Source: an uncultured Bacillales bacterium (GTDB taxonomy: Bacteria > Bacillota_I > Bacilli_A > RF39 > UBA660). Taken from it: DNA of 25,378 nt. The DNA is taken from positions 1 through 25,378 of the forward strand of contig CAMSXY010000001.1 of the NCBI GenBank assembly GCA_947065955.1, given 5' to 3'. The position numbers and the translations under genes are program-made. How positions within the stretch are numbered: the first letter of the stretch is position 1; each line of letters starts with the position of its first letter. Below, one piece after another: positions 8,901 through 17,224 of the stretch. The notes beneath the pieces were generated by a model, which was not told where the DNA came from, searched no databases, and saw nothing but the letters and a program-made list of their open reading frames with translations.

Positions 8901-9953
8901 CATCATGCACAAGATGCTTATTTGGCAGCTTGTCTTGGACTTTATATTTTAGTACGCTATCCAAAATTAAAAAATGAGTTTATTTATAATTTATATCTTC
9001 AAAAGAAAATTGTTTTTTCAAATAATTCAAACCGTTATGGATTCATCTTGGATGGTATGGAAAAAGATTATGAAGATAAAGAACGTAGTGTATATTTAAA
9101 TATGCAGAATTTTCATGATTGTGTGAAGAAGACTATTTATCAAAATGATCCTCTTATTACAAGAAAATGCGAATTTTATAGTGGAGCTTTTTATAATCAA
9201 ACTTTATATAAAAAAGGGAGTAGTTCTTCTTTAGTTGAAAAAAAGAAAGGTTTAGATCCTTTGAAATATGGAGGATATACGGGTATACAGGAAGCTTATT
9301 CTATGTTAATTTCTTATGTAAAGAGAGGGAAAACAGTAAAAAAAATGATTGGAATTCCTGCTTTGCTGGATTCTATGGAAAGAAACGGACAAAATATATT
9401 AAAAGAGTATATATGTAAAAAAGAAGGTATTGATCATTTTACAATTTTAAAAAAATATATTGGACGTCATCAAGCAATTTTCTATAAAGGTCAACTTTGT
9501 TATTTATCTTCTAGTAGTGAGGTATTTAATGGTGTTGAGTTTATATTAGATTACGCGCATATGGAAAAATTTAAAGATACATTTAATTTGATTTATAATC
9601 AGGCTAAAGGGACTTTGGATGAACATTTGGTGGATGAATTGGTTGATTATATTTTAGGTAAAATGAAAATCGCTTACCCTTTATATCAATCAGAAAGAGA
9701 AAAACTTGAGTTATTTATAAAAGAAGGTTATTATATAAATTTGCGTTTAGAAGAAAAGATACGTTTAATTCGACAGTTATTTATTTGTTTAAGTGCAAGT
9801 CCTAGTCGTGCTGATTTGAAATTTTTAAATGAAAAACAGAGTTCTATTAAATTTTCGGATGCTATTGGAAGAAGAAGTGGTCAAAATATAGGAACTGGTA
9901 AGTTTATTTATACTTCCCTTAGTGGTCTTAGAAGGAATACTTATGAGTTTTAG
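5964..9953 (+). CDS. cas9: Type II-A CRISPR effector Cas9 (~1329 aa)
   Basis: RuvC-I YYIGLDIG, bridge helix RRLFRSSRRHYERRRKRI, RIPYYVGPL, RuvC-II HIFIEVAR, HNH IDHIIPRS...DNLALV...MNQCK, RuvC-III HHAQDAY; catalytic residues appear intact. ATG 5964 follows RBS GAGGA. Confidence 0.98.
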   Translation: MEDYYIGLDIGDASVGYAVIGKDYHLVKNHSKNMWGARLFEPGKTAKERRLFRSSRRHYERRRKRIALLQRMFEEEILKVDATFFLRLKESFCWKEDSHYKKDYNLFIDSSYNDKIYYKEYPTIYHLRHKLMYSKEKMDIRLVYLGIHHILKYRGNFLYEGQNFDVKSLDVPSKIKSVLNIFAENFEMVDLTQMDQIDFSALENLFINKQISLKQKQEEIQELLKKCFFNSNQLKQFCLLLLGKKANLTVLFSLEGEKVEVNFSSSKYEEERENISLILGEKMDYVEQLFELYSNLFYKSMFSSDSSKVVTCLSEAMLQVYTKHEKDLKLLKKLLKEQDPTLYSSFFREKGDNSYESYIHNSSKFDYDALKKYLKKILSSISSPVVDQILEDIEKDNFLRKINVVQNSLYPYQVHLQELRQILYNQGQYYPFLLEKYDEKTTKIEQLFIFRIPYYVGPLNLNADENGNSRSFAWLTKRENEKITPFNFHQVVDVEKTAENFILRMTNFCTYLLTEKVIPKNSLLYTEFMVLNELKQIRVNGHKLPLVLQQKAIKELFLKQRVIKDSTFKKWLIKQNEYPFLNGNLEIKGYQKEDQFASSMGVFIDFIDIFGEITFQNQKMIEKLIEWITIFEDKKVLKQKIARSYPSLTEEILKKIISKKYQGWSRLSFELLTGTTGICYIDSFGEMFSIMDLLRTTEENFMQILCNKKYGFEEKIYHYNYKEEKSEITLEDVLRIPTSPSVKKGIWQSVCLTSELVSFMGYPPKHIFIEVARSDEKKKRTMSRIDKIRKQYLQMEKSLKEQIEYKKLMGELENYDVLDERVYLYFMQFGKCLYSSKPLNIHDLSSYEIDHIIPRSLIKDDSFDNLALVYKEMNQCKKADLTLKASIIEKQKPFWKLLQDHDFMSSKKYFNLCRKEFRAEDIEGFINRQLVETRQIVQHVIHLFNSIYKEDTVVSVKASLSSDYRKRYQLYKFRELNHFHHAQDAYLAACLGLYILVRYPKLKNEFIYNLYLQKKIVFSNNSNRYGFILDGMEKDYEDKERSVYLNMQNFHDCVKKTIYQNDPLITRKCEFYSGAFYNQTLYKKGSSSSLVEKKKGLDPLKYGGYTGIQEAYSMLISYVKRGKTVKKMIGIPALLDSMERNGQNILKEYICKKEGIDHFTILKKYIGRHQAIFYKGQLCYLSSSSEVFNGVEFILDYAHMEKFKDTFNLIYNQAKGTLDEHLVDELVDYILGKMKIAYPLYQSEREKLELFIKEGYYINLRLEEKIRLIRQLFICLSASPSRADLKFLNEKQSSIKFSDAIGRRSGQNIGTGKFIYTSLSGLRRNTYEF

Positions 9954-10848
9954 GACGGTTGTTATTTCAAGCAGTTGTAAATTATCGTATAAAAATGATT
10001 ATTTGGTAGTAAGAAATGAAGAGGGAATGAAGTCGGTACATCTTTCTGAAATCGAAACGGTTTTAATAGATTCTACCGCAATTTCATTTTCCTCTCATCT
10101 TCTTCTTGAACTTATAAAAAATAAGATTAAAGTGGTTTTTTGTGATGAAAAAAGAAATCCGTATGGGGAATTTGTTCCTTATTATGGTAGTTATAATAAT
10201 GTAAAAAAGATCCAGAACCAAATTTCTTTTAAAGAGCCTTTAAAAAAACAATTATGGAAAAAGATTGTTCAAAATAAAATAAAAAATCAAGCCTCTTTAC
10301 TTTTGCAAGTAGGAAGTGATAAGGGTGATTTGTTATTAAAATACGTGGAAGATGTTGAATTGGATGATCGCACAAATCGTGAAGGCCATGCTGCAAAGGT
10401 ATATTTTAATAGTTTATTTGGATTCGATTTTTCTCGTAGTCAAAAAAATGATATTAATGCAGCTTTAAATTATGGTTATTCTATTATTTTGTCTTTAATT
10501 AATAAGGAAATTGTTAATAATGGTTATCTTACACAAATGGGTATTAAACATAGAAATGAATTTAATTTTTTTAATTTGTCTTGTGATTTTATAGAGGTTT
10601 TTCGTCCTATTATTGATCGTTTTGTTTATTATCACCAGAAGGAAGTCTTTTCAACTACCTATAAAATGAATTTAGTTAATCTTTTGAATCATAAATACTA
10701 TTATTGTGGAAAACTTTATTTTTTATCAGATATTATTCGTTTATATGTGAAAAATATGCTGGACTGTATGGAAAAGGAAACTATTTTAAACGGAAAGGAA
10801 TTTTTGTTGAATGAGGGAAAGAATTATGCGAACGATCCTGTTTTTTGA
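9943..10848 (+). CDS. cas1: Type II Cas1
   Basis: MSFRTVVI, VVFCDEKRNP, TNREGHAAKVYF, NAALNYGYSII, NLSCDFIEVFRP. Confidence 0.97.
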   Translation: MSFRTVVISSSCKLSYKNDYLVVRNEEGMKSVHLSEIETVLIDSTAISFSSHLLLELIKNKIKVVFCDEKRNPYGEFVPYYGSYNNVKKIQNQISFKEPLKKQLWKKIVQNKIKNQASLLLQVGSDKGDLLLKYVEDVELDDRTNREGHAAKVYFNSLFGFDFSRSQKNDINAALNYGYSIILSLINKEIVNNGYLTQMGIKHRNEFNFFNLSCDFIEVFRPIIDRFVYYHQKEVFSTTYKMNLVNLLNHKYYYCGKLYFLSDIIRLYVKNMLDCMEKETILNGKEFLLNEGKNYANDPVF

Positions 10849-11131
10849 TTTGCCGAGTGTTAGTTATTATGATCAAAAGAATTACCGAAAATTTCATAAA
10901 TTTTTATTACAGGAAGGTTTTGTAATGATGCAAGAATCTGTTTATTCAAAAATTTGTTTGGACTTGAAACAGTCTAAATTTCTTTATGATCGAATACGGT
11001 TAAATGTTCCTAAGAAAGGTCTTGTTCAAGTTCTTACTATTACAGAAAGACAATATAGTGGGATAGAATATATTATTGGAAAAAAGTCGAGTACTGTGAT
11101 TGATGATACAGAAAGATTGGTTATTTTATGA
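10811..11131 (+). CDS. cas2: Cas2
   Basis: MRTILFFDLP, YRKFHKFLLQEGFVMMQESVYSK, LTITERQY. Alternative start at 10826. Confidence 0.97.
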   Translation: MRERIMRTILFFDLPSVSYYDQKNYRKFHKFLLQEGFVMMQESVYSKICLDLKQSKFLYDRIRLNVPKKGLVQVLTITERQYSGIEYIIGKKSSTVIDDTERLVIL

Positions 11132-11805
11132 AATTACAATGGAATCAGTTGGAAAATGAAATTTTGTTTTTAGATGATTTTATTAATGTAGTTGAATTTG
11201 AAAATAAGCATCTTTTTTGTTCTTTTATTGAGGATTTTCGAAAAGCTATTAATGGGGAAATAGAAGAAGGAATTTTGGTGTTTTATGAACAAGAGGAGGA
11301 AATTTCTTGTCTTCATAAGATAGAGTGTTATATTGATTATTTCGCAATTGATTTTAATTCTAAAAAAATCTTGAATACTTTTTATCAAAAGGTTTCTAAA
11401 AATATAGAAGAAGAAGGAATTTCCGTTTTTCCTATTTTATCGGATTTTTTGCAGAGAATAAAAAATTATTTTGAAGATTTTAATTTTGATATAACTTATG
11501 ATACTGATCTTACGATTGTAGATATTTCTAAGTTTTTGAAGGTGAAAGTTAATGATGAAAGGAAAACTGTCTTTGAGAAGATACTTTTGCTTTTAGATTT
11601 AGAAAGTGAATTTCATTTTAATAAAATAGTAGTTTTTGTAAATTTGAAATCTTTTTTGACTAAAGAGGAAGTTGTGAAGGTGTATCGATATAGTAAAATG
11701 AAGAAGGTTTGGATATTGTTACTTGAAAGTAATTTGAGTGGAGTTACTTTGGAATATGAAAAAAAGTTAATTATTTATAACAATTTAGATGAAATTGTAT
11801 TATAA
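11128..11805 (+). CDS. csn2: Type II-A Csn2
   Basis: 225 aa after cas2 with an ATGA overlap; IVVFVNLKSFLTKEE, ILLLES, IIYNNLDEI. Confidence 0.92.
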   Translation: MKLQWNQLENEILFLDDFINVVEFENKHLFCSFIEDFRKAINGEIEEGILVFYEQEEEISCLHKIECYIDYFAIDFNSKKILNTFYQKVSKNIEEEGISVFPILSDFLQRIKNYFEDFNFDITYDTDLTIVDISKFLKVKVNDERKTVFEKILLLLDLESEFHFNKIVVFVNLKSFLTKEEVVKVYRYSKMKKVWILLLESNLSGVTLEYEKKLIIYNNLDEIVL

Positions 11806-11879
11806 TATAGTTGATGTGGTTCTTATTTAATACCTATGATATAGAGTATAGCACTAGTACGTTTCTAAAACATTTTGAG
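11806..11879 (+). promoter_or_regulatory. CRISPR leader with leader-anchoring sequence
   Basis: 74 bp between csn2 and repeat 1, ending ATTTTGAG, which resembles the type II-A ATTTGAG-type LAS. Confidence 0.8.
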
Positions 11880-13169
11880 GTTTTAGAACTATGTCATTTT
11901 AGATGGTATTAAAACAAGACCTAATACTTTTTTATCATCCTTTTGGTTTTAGAACTATGTCATTTTAGATGGTATTAAAACAGATGATATTCAGCTTCTC
12001 ACAACCAGTATGTTTTAGAACTATGTCATTTTAGATGGTATTAAAACTCTTTATTTATCATCTCGATCATTTCTTCTGTTTTAGAACTATGTCATTTTAG
12101 ATGGTATTAAAACATCAATTCAGTATCATAGATTCTAGCAACTGTTTTAGAACTATGTCATTTTAGATGGTATTAAAACCTTAAATCGGAAATAAAATCT
12201 GGTTTTTCAGTTTTAGAACTATGTCATTTTAGATGGTATTAAAACCATAGTTATTAAATTAACGGACAATTATGAGTTTTAGAACTATGTCATTTTAGAT
12301 GGTATTAAAACTATTTAGATGTATCAGCTGACTATATAATAGTTTTAGAACTATGTCATTTTAGATGGTATTAAAACCTATATTCAGTTAGTTCAAAATG
12401 AGCTTCAGTTTTAGAACTATGTCATTTTAGATGGTATTAAAACTATATACAAGTCATATTCTTTATAATAATCGTTTTAGAACTATGTCATTTTAGATGG
12501 TATTAAAACTAGGACCGATGAAGGTATAGCTAAATATTTGTTTTAGAACTATGTCATTTTAGATGGTATTAAAACGATTATAAATTGATAGTCTTTTTCG
12601 ATTTCGTTTTAGAACTATGTCATTTTAGATGGTATTAAAACATCAGTAATAAAAACTACTAAAATATATACGTTTTAGAACTATGTCATTTTAGATGGTA
12701 TTAAAACAAATTATATCAACATTGAATACAAAAAAATGTTTTAGAACTATGTCATTTTAGATGGTATTAAAACATACGATTACGACTTCTGGCATTTTTA
12801 CAGGTTTTAGAACTATGTCATTTTAGATGGTATTAAAACATAATATTCTTTTATACCTTTTTCTAATTTGTTTTAGAACTATGTCATTTTAGATGGTATT
12901 AAAACATACGATTACGACTTCTGGCATTTTTACAGGTTTTAGAACTATGTCATTTTAGATGGTATTAAAACATAATATTCTTTTATACCTTTTTCTAATT
13001 TGTTTTAGAACTATGTCATTTTAGATGGTATTAAAACAGATACGAATGTATTTACTCCTATGTTATCGTTTTAGAACTATGTCATTTTAGGTGGTATTAA
13101 AACTAAATATTCATCAGCAGTTACCCAACGATTGTTTTAGAACTATGTTATATTAAATGGTTTTGTTAT
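11880..13169 (+). CRISPR. Type II-A CRISPR array: 20 repeats of 36 bp, 19 spacers of 30 bp (17 unique)
   Basis: Repeat GTTTTAGAACTATGTCATTTTAGATGGTATTAAAAC with a 66-bp period from 11880. Repeat 19 (13068) has one A>G change; terminal repeat (13134-13169) is degenerate; spacers 14-15 equal spacers 16-17. Confidence 0.99.
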
Positions 13170-13209
13170 TTTAAAAATAAATATTATAGTAACTATTGTT
13201 TTTATTATA

Positions 13210-13647
13210 ATGGATGAAAAGTTGAAAGGCAGTATTAAATTTAATTTAATATTGTTTTTTTATAAATGTCAAAGAAAAGGAAGAATTTTTGTAACACTTT
13301 TTAATGAATGCTACAACCTATCAACAATATATATATCTATATTATCCAAGAAGGACAGAAAAAGTAATAAAAGAAATTATAGTATGTTAAAGAAGGTTCT
13401 ATTGTTGAGGTATGCTTATGTATTTTTTCATAATAACGAGTTTGGGGAATTTACAATACATGATATTAGGTCAACTTGTCTTTTGGAAACAGAGGATTTG
13501 TCTTTGAAAATTTCGAATGCTTTAAAAAGTCTCATAAAAAGTGGTTTAATCCGTAGTACAGGAAAAAAAAGAAAAAACGCTAAATTATATTGTATTACAG
13601 ATCGGGGAATCTATTATATTACGCACTATAATAAAGAAATTAAATAA
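13210..13647 (+). CDS. Hypothetical protein with C-terminal winged-helix (PadR/MarR-like) domain; start uncertain (alternative ATG 13384)
   Basis: FTIHDI...KISNALKSLIKSGLIRSTG...KLYCITDRG is a typical wHTH pattern. Confidence 0.55.
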   Translation: MDEKLKGSIKFNLILFFYKCQRKGRIFVTLFNECYNLSTIYISILSKKDRKSNKRNYSMLKKVLLLRYAYVFFHNNEFGEFTIHDIRSTCLLETEDLSLKISNALKSLIKSGLIRSTGKKRKNAKLYCITDRGIYYITHYNKEIK

Positions 13648-13689
13648 ATTTTTTTTAATAAATTTGATATAAAAAATTCGGAGTATCTA

Positions 13690-13718
13690 TCGACAAATTT
13701 TGATAAATTCGTTATAAT
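13690..13718 (+). promoter_or_regulatory. Putative sigma-A promoter of the SDR operon
   Basis: TCGACA, 17 nt, TATAAT; RBS GGAGG downstream. Confidence 0.6.
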
Positions 13719-13736
13719 TTTACTGGAGGAAACTGT

Positions 13737-14477
13737 ATGGATTTTAAAGATCAAGTTGTCTTAATTACTGGTTCTAGTCGGGGGCTTGGAGCTAAAACGG
13801 CAATTGCTTTTGCTAAACATGGTGCTAAAGTTATTATCAATTATTATCAGAATCAAATAGAGGCATTAAAAGTTCAGAAGTATATTGAAGAACAATATCA
13901 TCAAAGAGTTTCCATTTATAAAGCAGATGTTTCTTTAGAAGAAGAAGTGCAAGGTATGGTAGAAGATATCATTTCTAAATATAGAAAAATAGATATTCTT
14001 GTCAATAATGCTGGAATTGCTATTGATACGATGTTTGAAGATAAAACTGTAGAAAATTTTCAAAAAATATTAAATGTAAATTTGATTGGAACTTTTTTGA
14101 CTAGTAAAATAGTGGGTGATTATATGTTAAAAGAAAAAAAGGGAAAGATCATTAATATTTCTTCTACAAATGCTATTGATACTTTTTATCCCATGAGTTT
14201 AGATTATGATGCTTCTAAAGCAGGGGTAATTTCCTTGACTCATAATCTTGCTAAACAATATGCTCCTTATATCCAGGTAAATGCAATTGCTGCTGGTTGG
14301 ATGAAGACGGATATGTGTAAAGATCTTGATTCCTCTTTTGAAAAAGAAGAAATAGAAAAAATATTTTTAAAACGTTTTGCTGATCCAGAGGAAGTTGCTC
14401 ATGTGATTCTTTTTTTAGCAAGTTCTTATGCTAGCTATATAAATGGTTCTGTTATTCGTGTAGATGGAGGTTATTAA
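13737..14477 (+). CDS. Classical SDR oxidoreductase (FabG-like)
   Basis: TGSSRGLG, DILVNNAG, YDASK (YxxxK), VNAIAAG, IRVDGG. Confidence 0.93.
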   Translation: MDFKDQVVLITGSSRGLGAKTAIAFAKHGAKVIINYYQNQIEALKVQKYIEEQYHQRVSIYKADVSLEEEVQGMVEDIISKYRKIDILVNNAGIAIDTMFEDKTVENFQKILNVNLIGTFLTSKIVGDYMLKEKKGKIINISSTNAIDTFYPMSLDYDASKAGVISLTHNLAKQYAPYIQVNAIAAGWMKTDMCKDLDSSFEKEEIEKIFLKRFADPEEVAHVILFLASSYASYINGSVIRVDGGY

Positions 14478-15745
14478 TGGAAATAAATTTTAGTTCTTTT
14501 GGAATACCAGAAGATGTGGTTTCAAAAGTTTTACAGGCAGAAAAAGAAGTTGAAAATCAATTTTTAAAGGTAGACCAATTATGCGAAAAAAATAGTTTAA
14601 AGGTTTTATCCGCTTTTCAAAAACATCGTGTTTCAGAGATTCATTTTGGACAGACAACAGGGTATGGTTATAATGATATTGGAAGGGATACAACAGAACA
14701 GGTTTTTGCAGAAATCTTACATGCTGAAGATGCTTTGGTGCGTTCTCAGTTTATTTCTGGAAGTCATGCCCTTACAGTTACGCTTTTTGCTTTATTAAGA
14801 CCAGGAGATCTTCTTTTAAGTATCACAGGAAAGCCTTATGATACATTGGATGAAGTGATTGGAATTCGTGAAAATGCAAGTTCCTTAAAATCATTTGGGA
14901 TAGACTACCAACAAATAGATCTTGTTGATAATGAATTTGATTATGAAAAAATTGAAAATGTTTTAAAAACACAAAAGGTGAAAGTCATCGAAATTCAACG
15001 TTCCAAAGGATACTCTACTCGAAAAAGTATTGATATTAAAAAAGTGGAAAAAGTTATTCAAAAAATACGAGAAGTTGATAAAACAGTTATTATTATGATT
15101 GACAATTGTTATTGTGAATTTGTATCCGAGCAAGAGCCTCTTGAAGTGGGAGCTGATATTATGGTAGGCTCTTTAATCAAAAATTTAGGTGGAGGAATTG
15201 CCCCTAATGGCGCCTATGTGGCAGGACGAAAAGATCTTATTTCTTTAGTTGCAGAGCGTTTAACATTGCCTGGAGAGGGAAGAGAAGTGGGTCCTACACT
15301 GGGAATTAATAGGCAATTATTACAAGGATTGTTTTTAGCTCCTTCTGTTGTTGCAAGTGCTTTAAAAACTTCTATTTTGGCTAGTAGAGTACTTGAAAAT
15401 TTAGGATATTTCGTTGAACCAAAATATAATGAAATACGTGCTGATATCGTACAGAGTATTATTTTTCATGATCCAGATAAATTAATTCGTTATTGTCAGG
15501 GAATTCAAATGGGTTCTCCTATTGATTCTTTTGCTATTCCGCAACCTATAGAAACGCCTGGATATGAAGATCCTATTATTATGGCTTCTGGAAGTTTTAC
15601 ACAAGGATCTTCTATTGAGATTAGTTGTGATGGGCCTATTAGACCACCTTATATTGCTTATATGCAAGGGTCGTTAACATATCCTTATGGAAAAATCGCT
15701 ATTATGAAAGCTATTGCTTATTTGGAACAGAATCATGAATTTTAA
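14477..15745 (+). CDS. PLP-dependent methionine gamma-lyase family protein (YnbB/aluminium-resistance-like)
   Basis: TTGYGYNDIGRD, FISGSHAL, IDNCYCEFV, GSLIKNLGGG, GSFTQGSSIEISCDGP. Confidence 0.92.
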   Translation: MEINFSSFGIPEDVVSKVLQAEKEVENQFLKVDQLCEKNSLKVLSAFQKHRVSEIHFGQTTGYGYNDIGRDTTEQVFAEILHAEDALVRSQFISGSHALTVTLFALLRPGDLLLSITGKPYDTLDEVIGIRENASSLKSFGIDYQQIDLVDNEFDYEKIENVLKTQKVKVIEIQRSKGYSTRKSIDIKKVEKVIQKIREVDKTVIIMIDNCYCEFVSEQEPLEVGADIMVGSLIKNLGGGIAPNGAYVAGRKDLISLVAERLTLPGEGREVGPTLGINRQLLQGLFLAPSVVASALKTSILASRVLENLGYFVEPKYNEIRADIVQSIIFHDPDKLIRYCQGIQMGSPIDSFAIPQPIETPGYEDPIIMASGSFTQGSSIEISCDGPIRPPYIAYMQGSLTYPYGKIAIMKAIAYLEQNHEF

Positions 15746-16010
15746 TGATCCAAAAACTAGAGATTTTTTAGAAAAAGAATGGCAAAAGAGTATTTTGAAA
15801 AATTATGGAAATGGTCTTTTTCTTTCTCAAGAAGAGATAGTATTACTTCAAAAATATAACCTTTCTTATCAAGAGAGTACTTCTATGAAAGAATTTATGT
15901 ATCAAATCGAAAATGTTCTTTCCTATTGTGAAGAAGAAGATTATGAAGAACTAGAACAAATTTCGACAAAAATTTCGGACTTTTATTATTATAATTACGT
16001 AAAAAAATAA
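15735..16010 (+). CDS. Small hypothetical protein
   Basis: Overlaps the upstream stop, acidic and helical; no recognised motif. Confidence 0.65.
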   Translation: MNFNDPKTRDFLEKEWQKSILKNYGNGLFLSQEEIVLLQKYNLSYQESTSMKEFMYQIENVLSYCEEEDYEELEQISTKISDFYYYNYVKK

Positions 16011-16043
16011 AAGTTCTTTTTTTTATTTTATAAGGAGGTTATT

Positions 16044-16901
16044 ATGTCAAAAATTAAAATATTTACAGATTCAGGAGTTGATTTGCCTTTATCTGTTTTA
16101 ATGGAAAATGAAGTGGAAATTTTACCTATTTATTATCGATTTTATCATGAAGATACAATATATGGAGGAGATTTAAAACTTTCAACAAAGGAGTTTTTTT
16201 GGCATTTACAAAATCATGATGTTCCCTATACAATGGGATGTAATCCATCCAATATATATGGTCGTTTTTTAAAGTGGATTCAAGAGGGATATGATATTAT
16301 TTGTGTATCTCTTTCTTCAATGCTTAGTAGTAGTTATAACCATATTTGTATGGTAAAAGAGGCTTTAAAAAAAGAGTATCCGAAAAGTAATATTTCTGTT
16401 ATTGATTCTAAAACGGGTTCTTTATGCCAGGGTCTTCTTTTATATAAAACGATAGAACTTAGTAAGAAAGGGCTATCTTTGGAAGAAATTACAGAATGGT
16501 TAGAGAAAAATAAAGAACACTATCACATAGAATTTTTTGTGGATAATTTAAAATATTTAACAAATGGTGGTAGATTTTCTAAAGTGGAAGTCGCTCTTGG
16601 AAATGTTTCAAATATGAAACCAATTATTCAAATCAATTCTGTGGGAAGTGCTGAACTTCTTATGATGCGTCGTGGTATTAAAACAGCTACAAGATCGCTT
16701 GTTGAAAATTTTTCTAAGAAAGCAGATACAAGTGAAAAAATTGGTATCATTCATTCAGATTATGCATATGGTATTATTGGGATACAAAATATGCTTGCAG
16801 GCCTTGGAATACAATATGATTCTTTTATTACAGATGTAAATCCTGTTATTGCATCTCATATAGGTCCGAAGGCTTTAGGTTTATGTTATCGAAAAAAATA
16901 A
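16044..16901 (+). CDS. DegV family fatty-acid-binding protein
   Basis: IFTDSGVDL, LSSMLSSSYN, VIDSKTGSLCQG, LKYLTNGGR, PVIASHIGP; RBS AAGGAGG. Confidence 0.93.
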   Translation: MSKIKIFTDSGVDLPLSVLMENEVEILPIYYRFYHEDTIYGGDLKLSTKEFFWHLQNHDVPYTMGCNPSNIYGRFLKWIQEGYDIICVSLSSMLSSSYNHICMVKEALKKEYPKSNISVIDSKTGSLCQGLLLYKTIELSKKGLSLEEITEWLEKNKEHYHIEFFVDNLKYLTNGGRFSKVEVALGNVSNMKPIIQINSVGSAELLMMRRGIKTATRSLVENFSKKADTSEKIGIIHSDYAYGIIGIQNMLAGLGIQYDSFITDVNPVIASHIGPKALGLCYRKK

Positions 16902-16910
16902 AAAAAAGTA

Positions 16911-16939
16911 TTGCAAAAAATTAAAAAATGGTATATACT
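16911..16939 (+). promoter_or_regulatory. tRNA operon promoter
   Basis: TTGCAA, 17 nt, TATACT. Confidence 0.7.
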
Positions 16940-16971
16940 ATGGTAGTAATCAACCCAGAGGGGATTCGTAT

Positions 16972-17048
16972 GCGCCCTTAGCGCAATTGGATAGAGCGTT
17001 AGACTACGGATCTAAAGGTTAGGGGTTCGACTCCCTTAGGGCGCACCA
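16972..17048 (+). tRNA. tRNA-Arg (ACG)
   Basis: GCGCCCT acceptor stem, TTAGA-CT ACG GA-TCTAA anticodon arm, GTTCGACTC T-arm, encoded CCA. Confidence 0.97.
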
Positions 17049-17053
17049 TTTAT

Positions 17054-17130
17054 CGGGAAATAGCACAACTTGGTAGTGCACTTGGTTTGGGACCAAGGGG
17101 TTGCAGGTTCAAATCCTGTTTTCCCGACCA
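17054..17130 (+). tRNA. tRNA-Pro (TGG); integration target
   Basis: CGGGAAA acceptor stem, CTTGG-TT TGG GA-CCAAG anticodon arm, GTTCAAATC T-arm, encoded CCA. Confidence 0.97.
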
Positions 17131-17154
17131 TTAAGATTATAAAGCCTTGAATTT
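17114..17154 (+). repeat. attL, 41-bp direct repeat (copy 1)
   Basis: TCCTGTTTTCCCGACCATTAAGATTATAAAGCCTTGAATTT, identical to 25105-25145. Confidence 0.95.
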
Positions 17155-17163
17155 CAAGGCTTT
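17141..17163 (+). terminator. tRNA operon terminator
   Basis: AAAGCCTTG-AATTT-CAAGGCTTT followed by T; the attR copy has a degenerate 3' arm. Confidence 0.75.
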
Positions 17164-17224
17164 TATAATAAATGATTACTCATAGCCCTTAAAAAACACT
17201 TAATTTATTAAGTTTTTAGTAATT

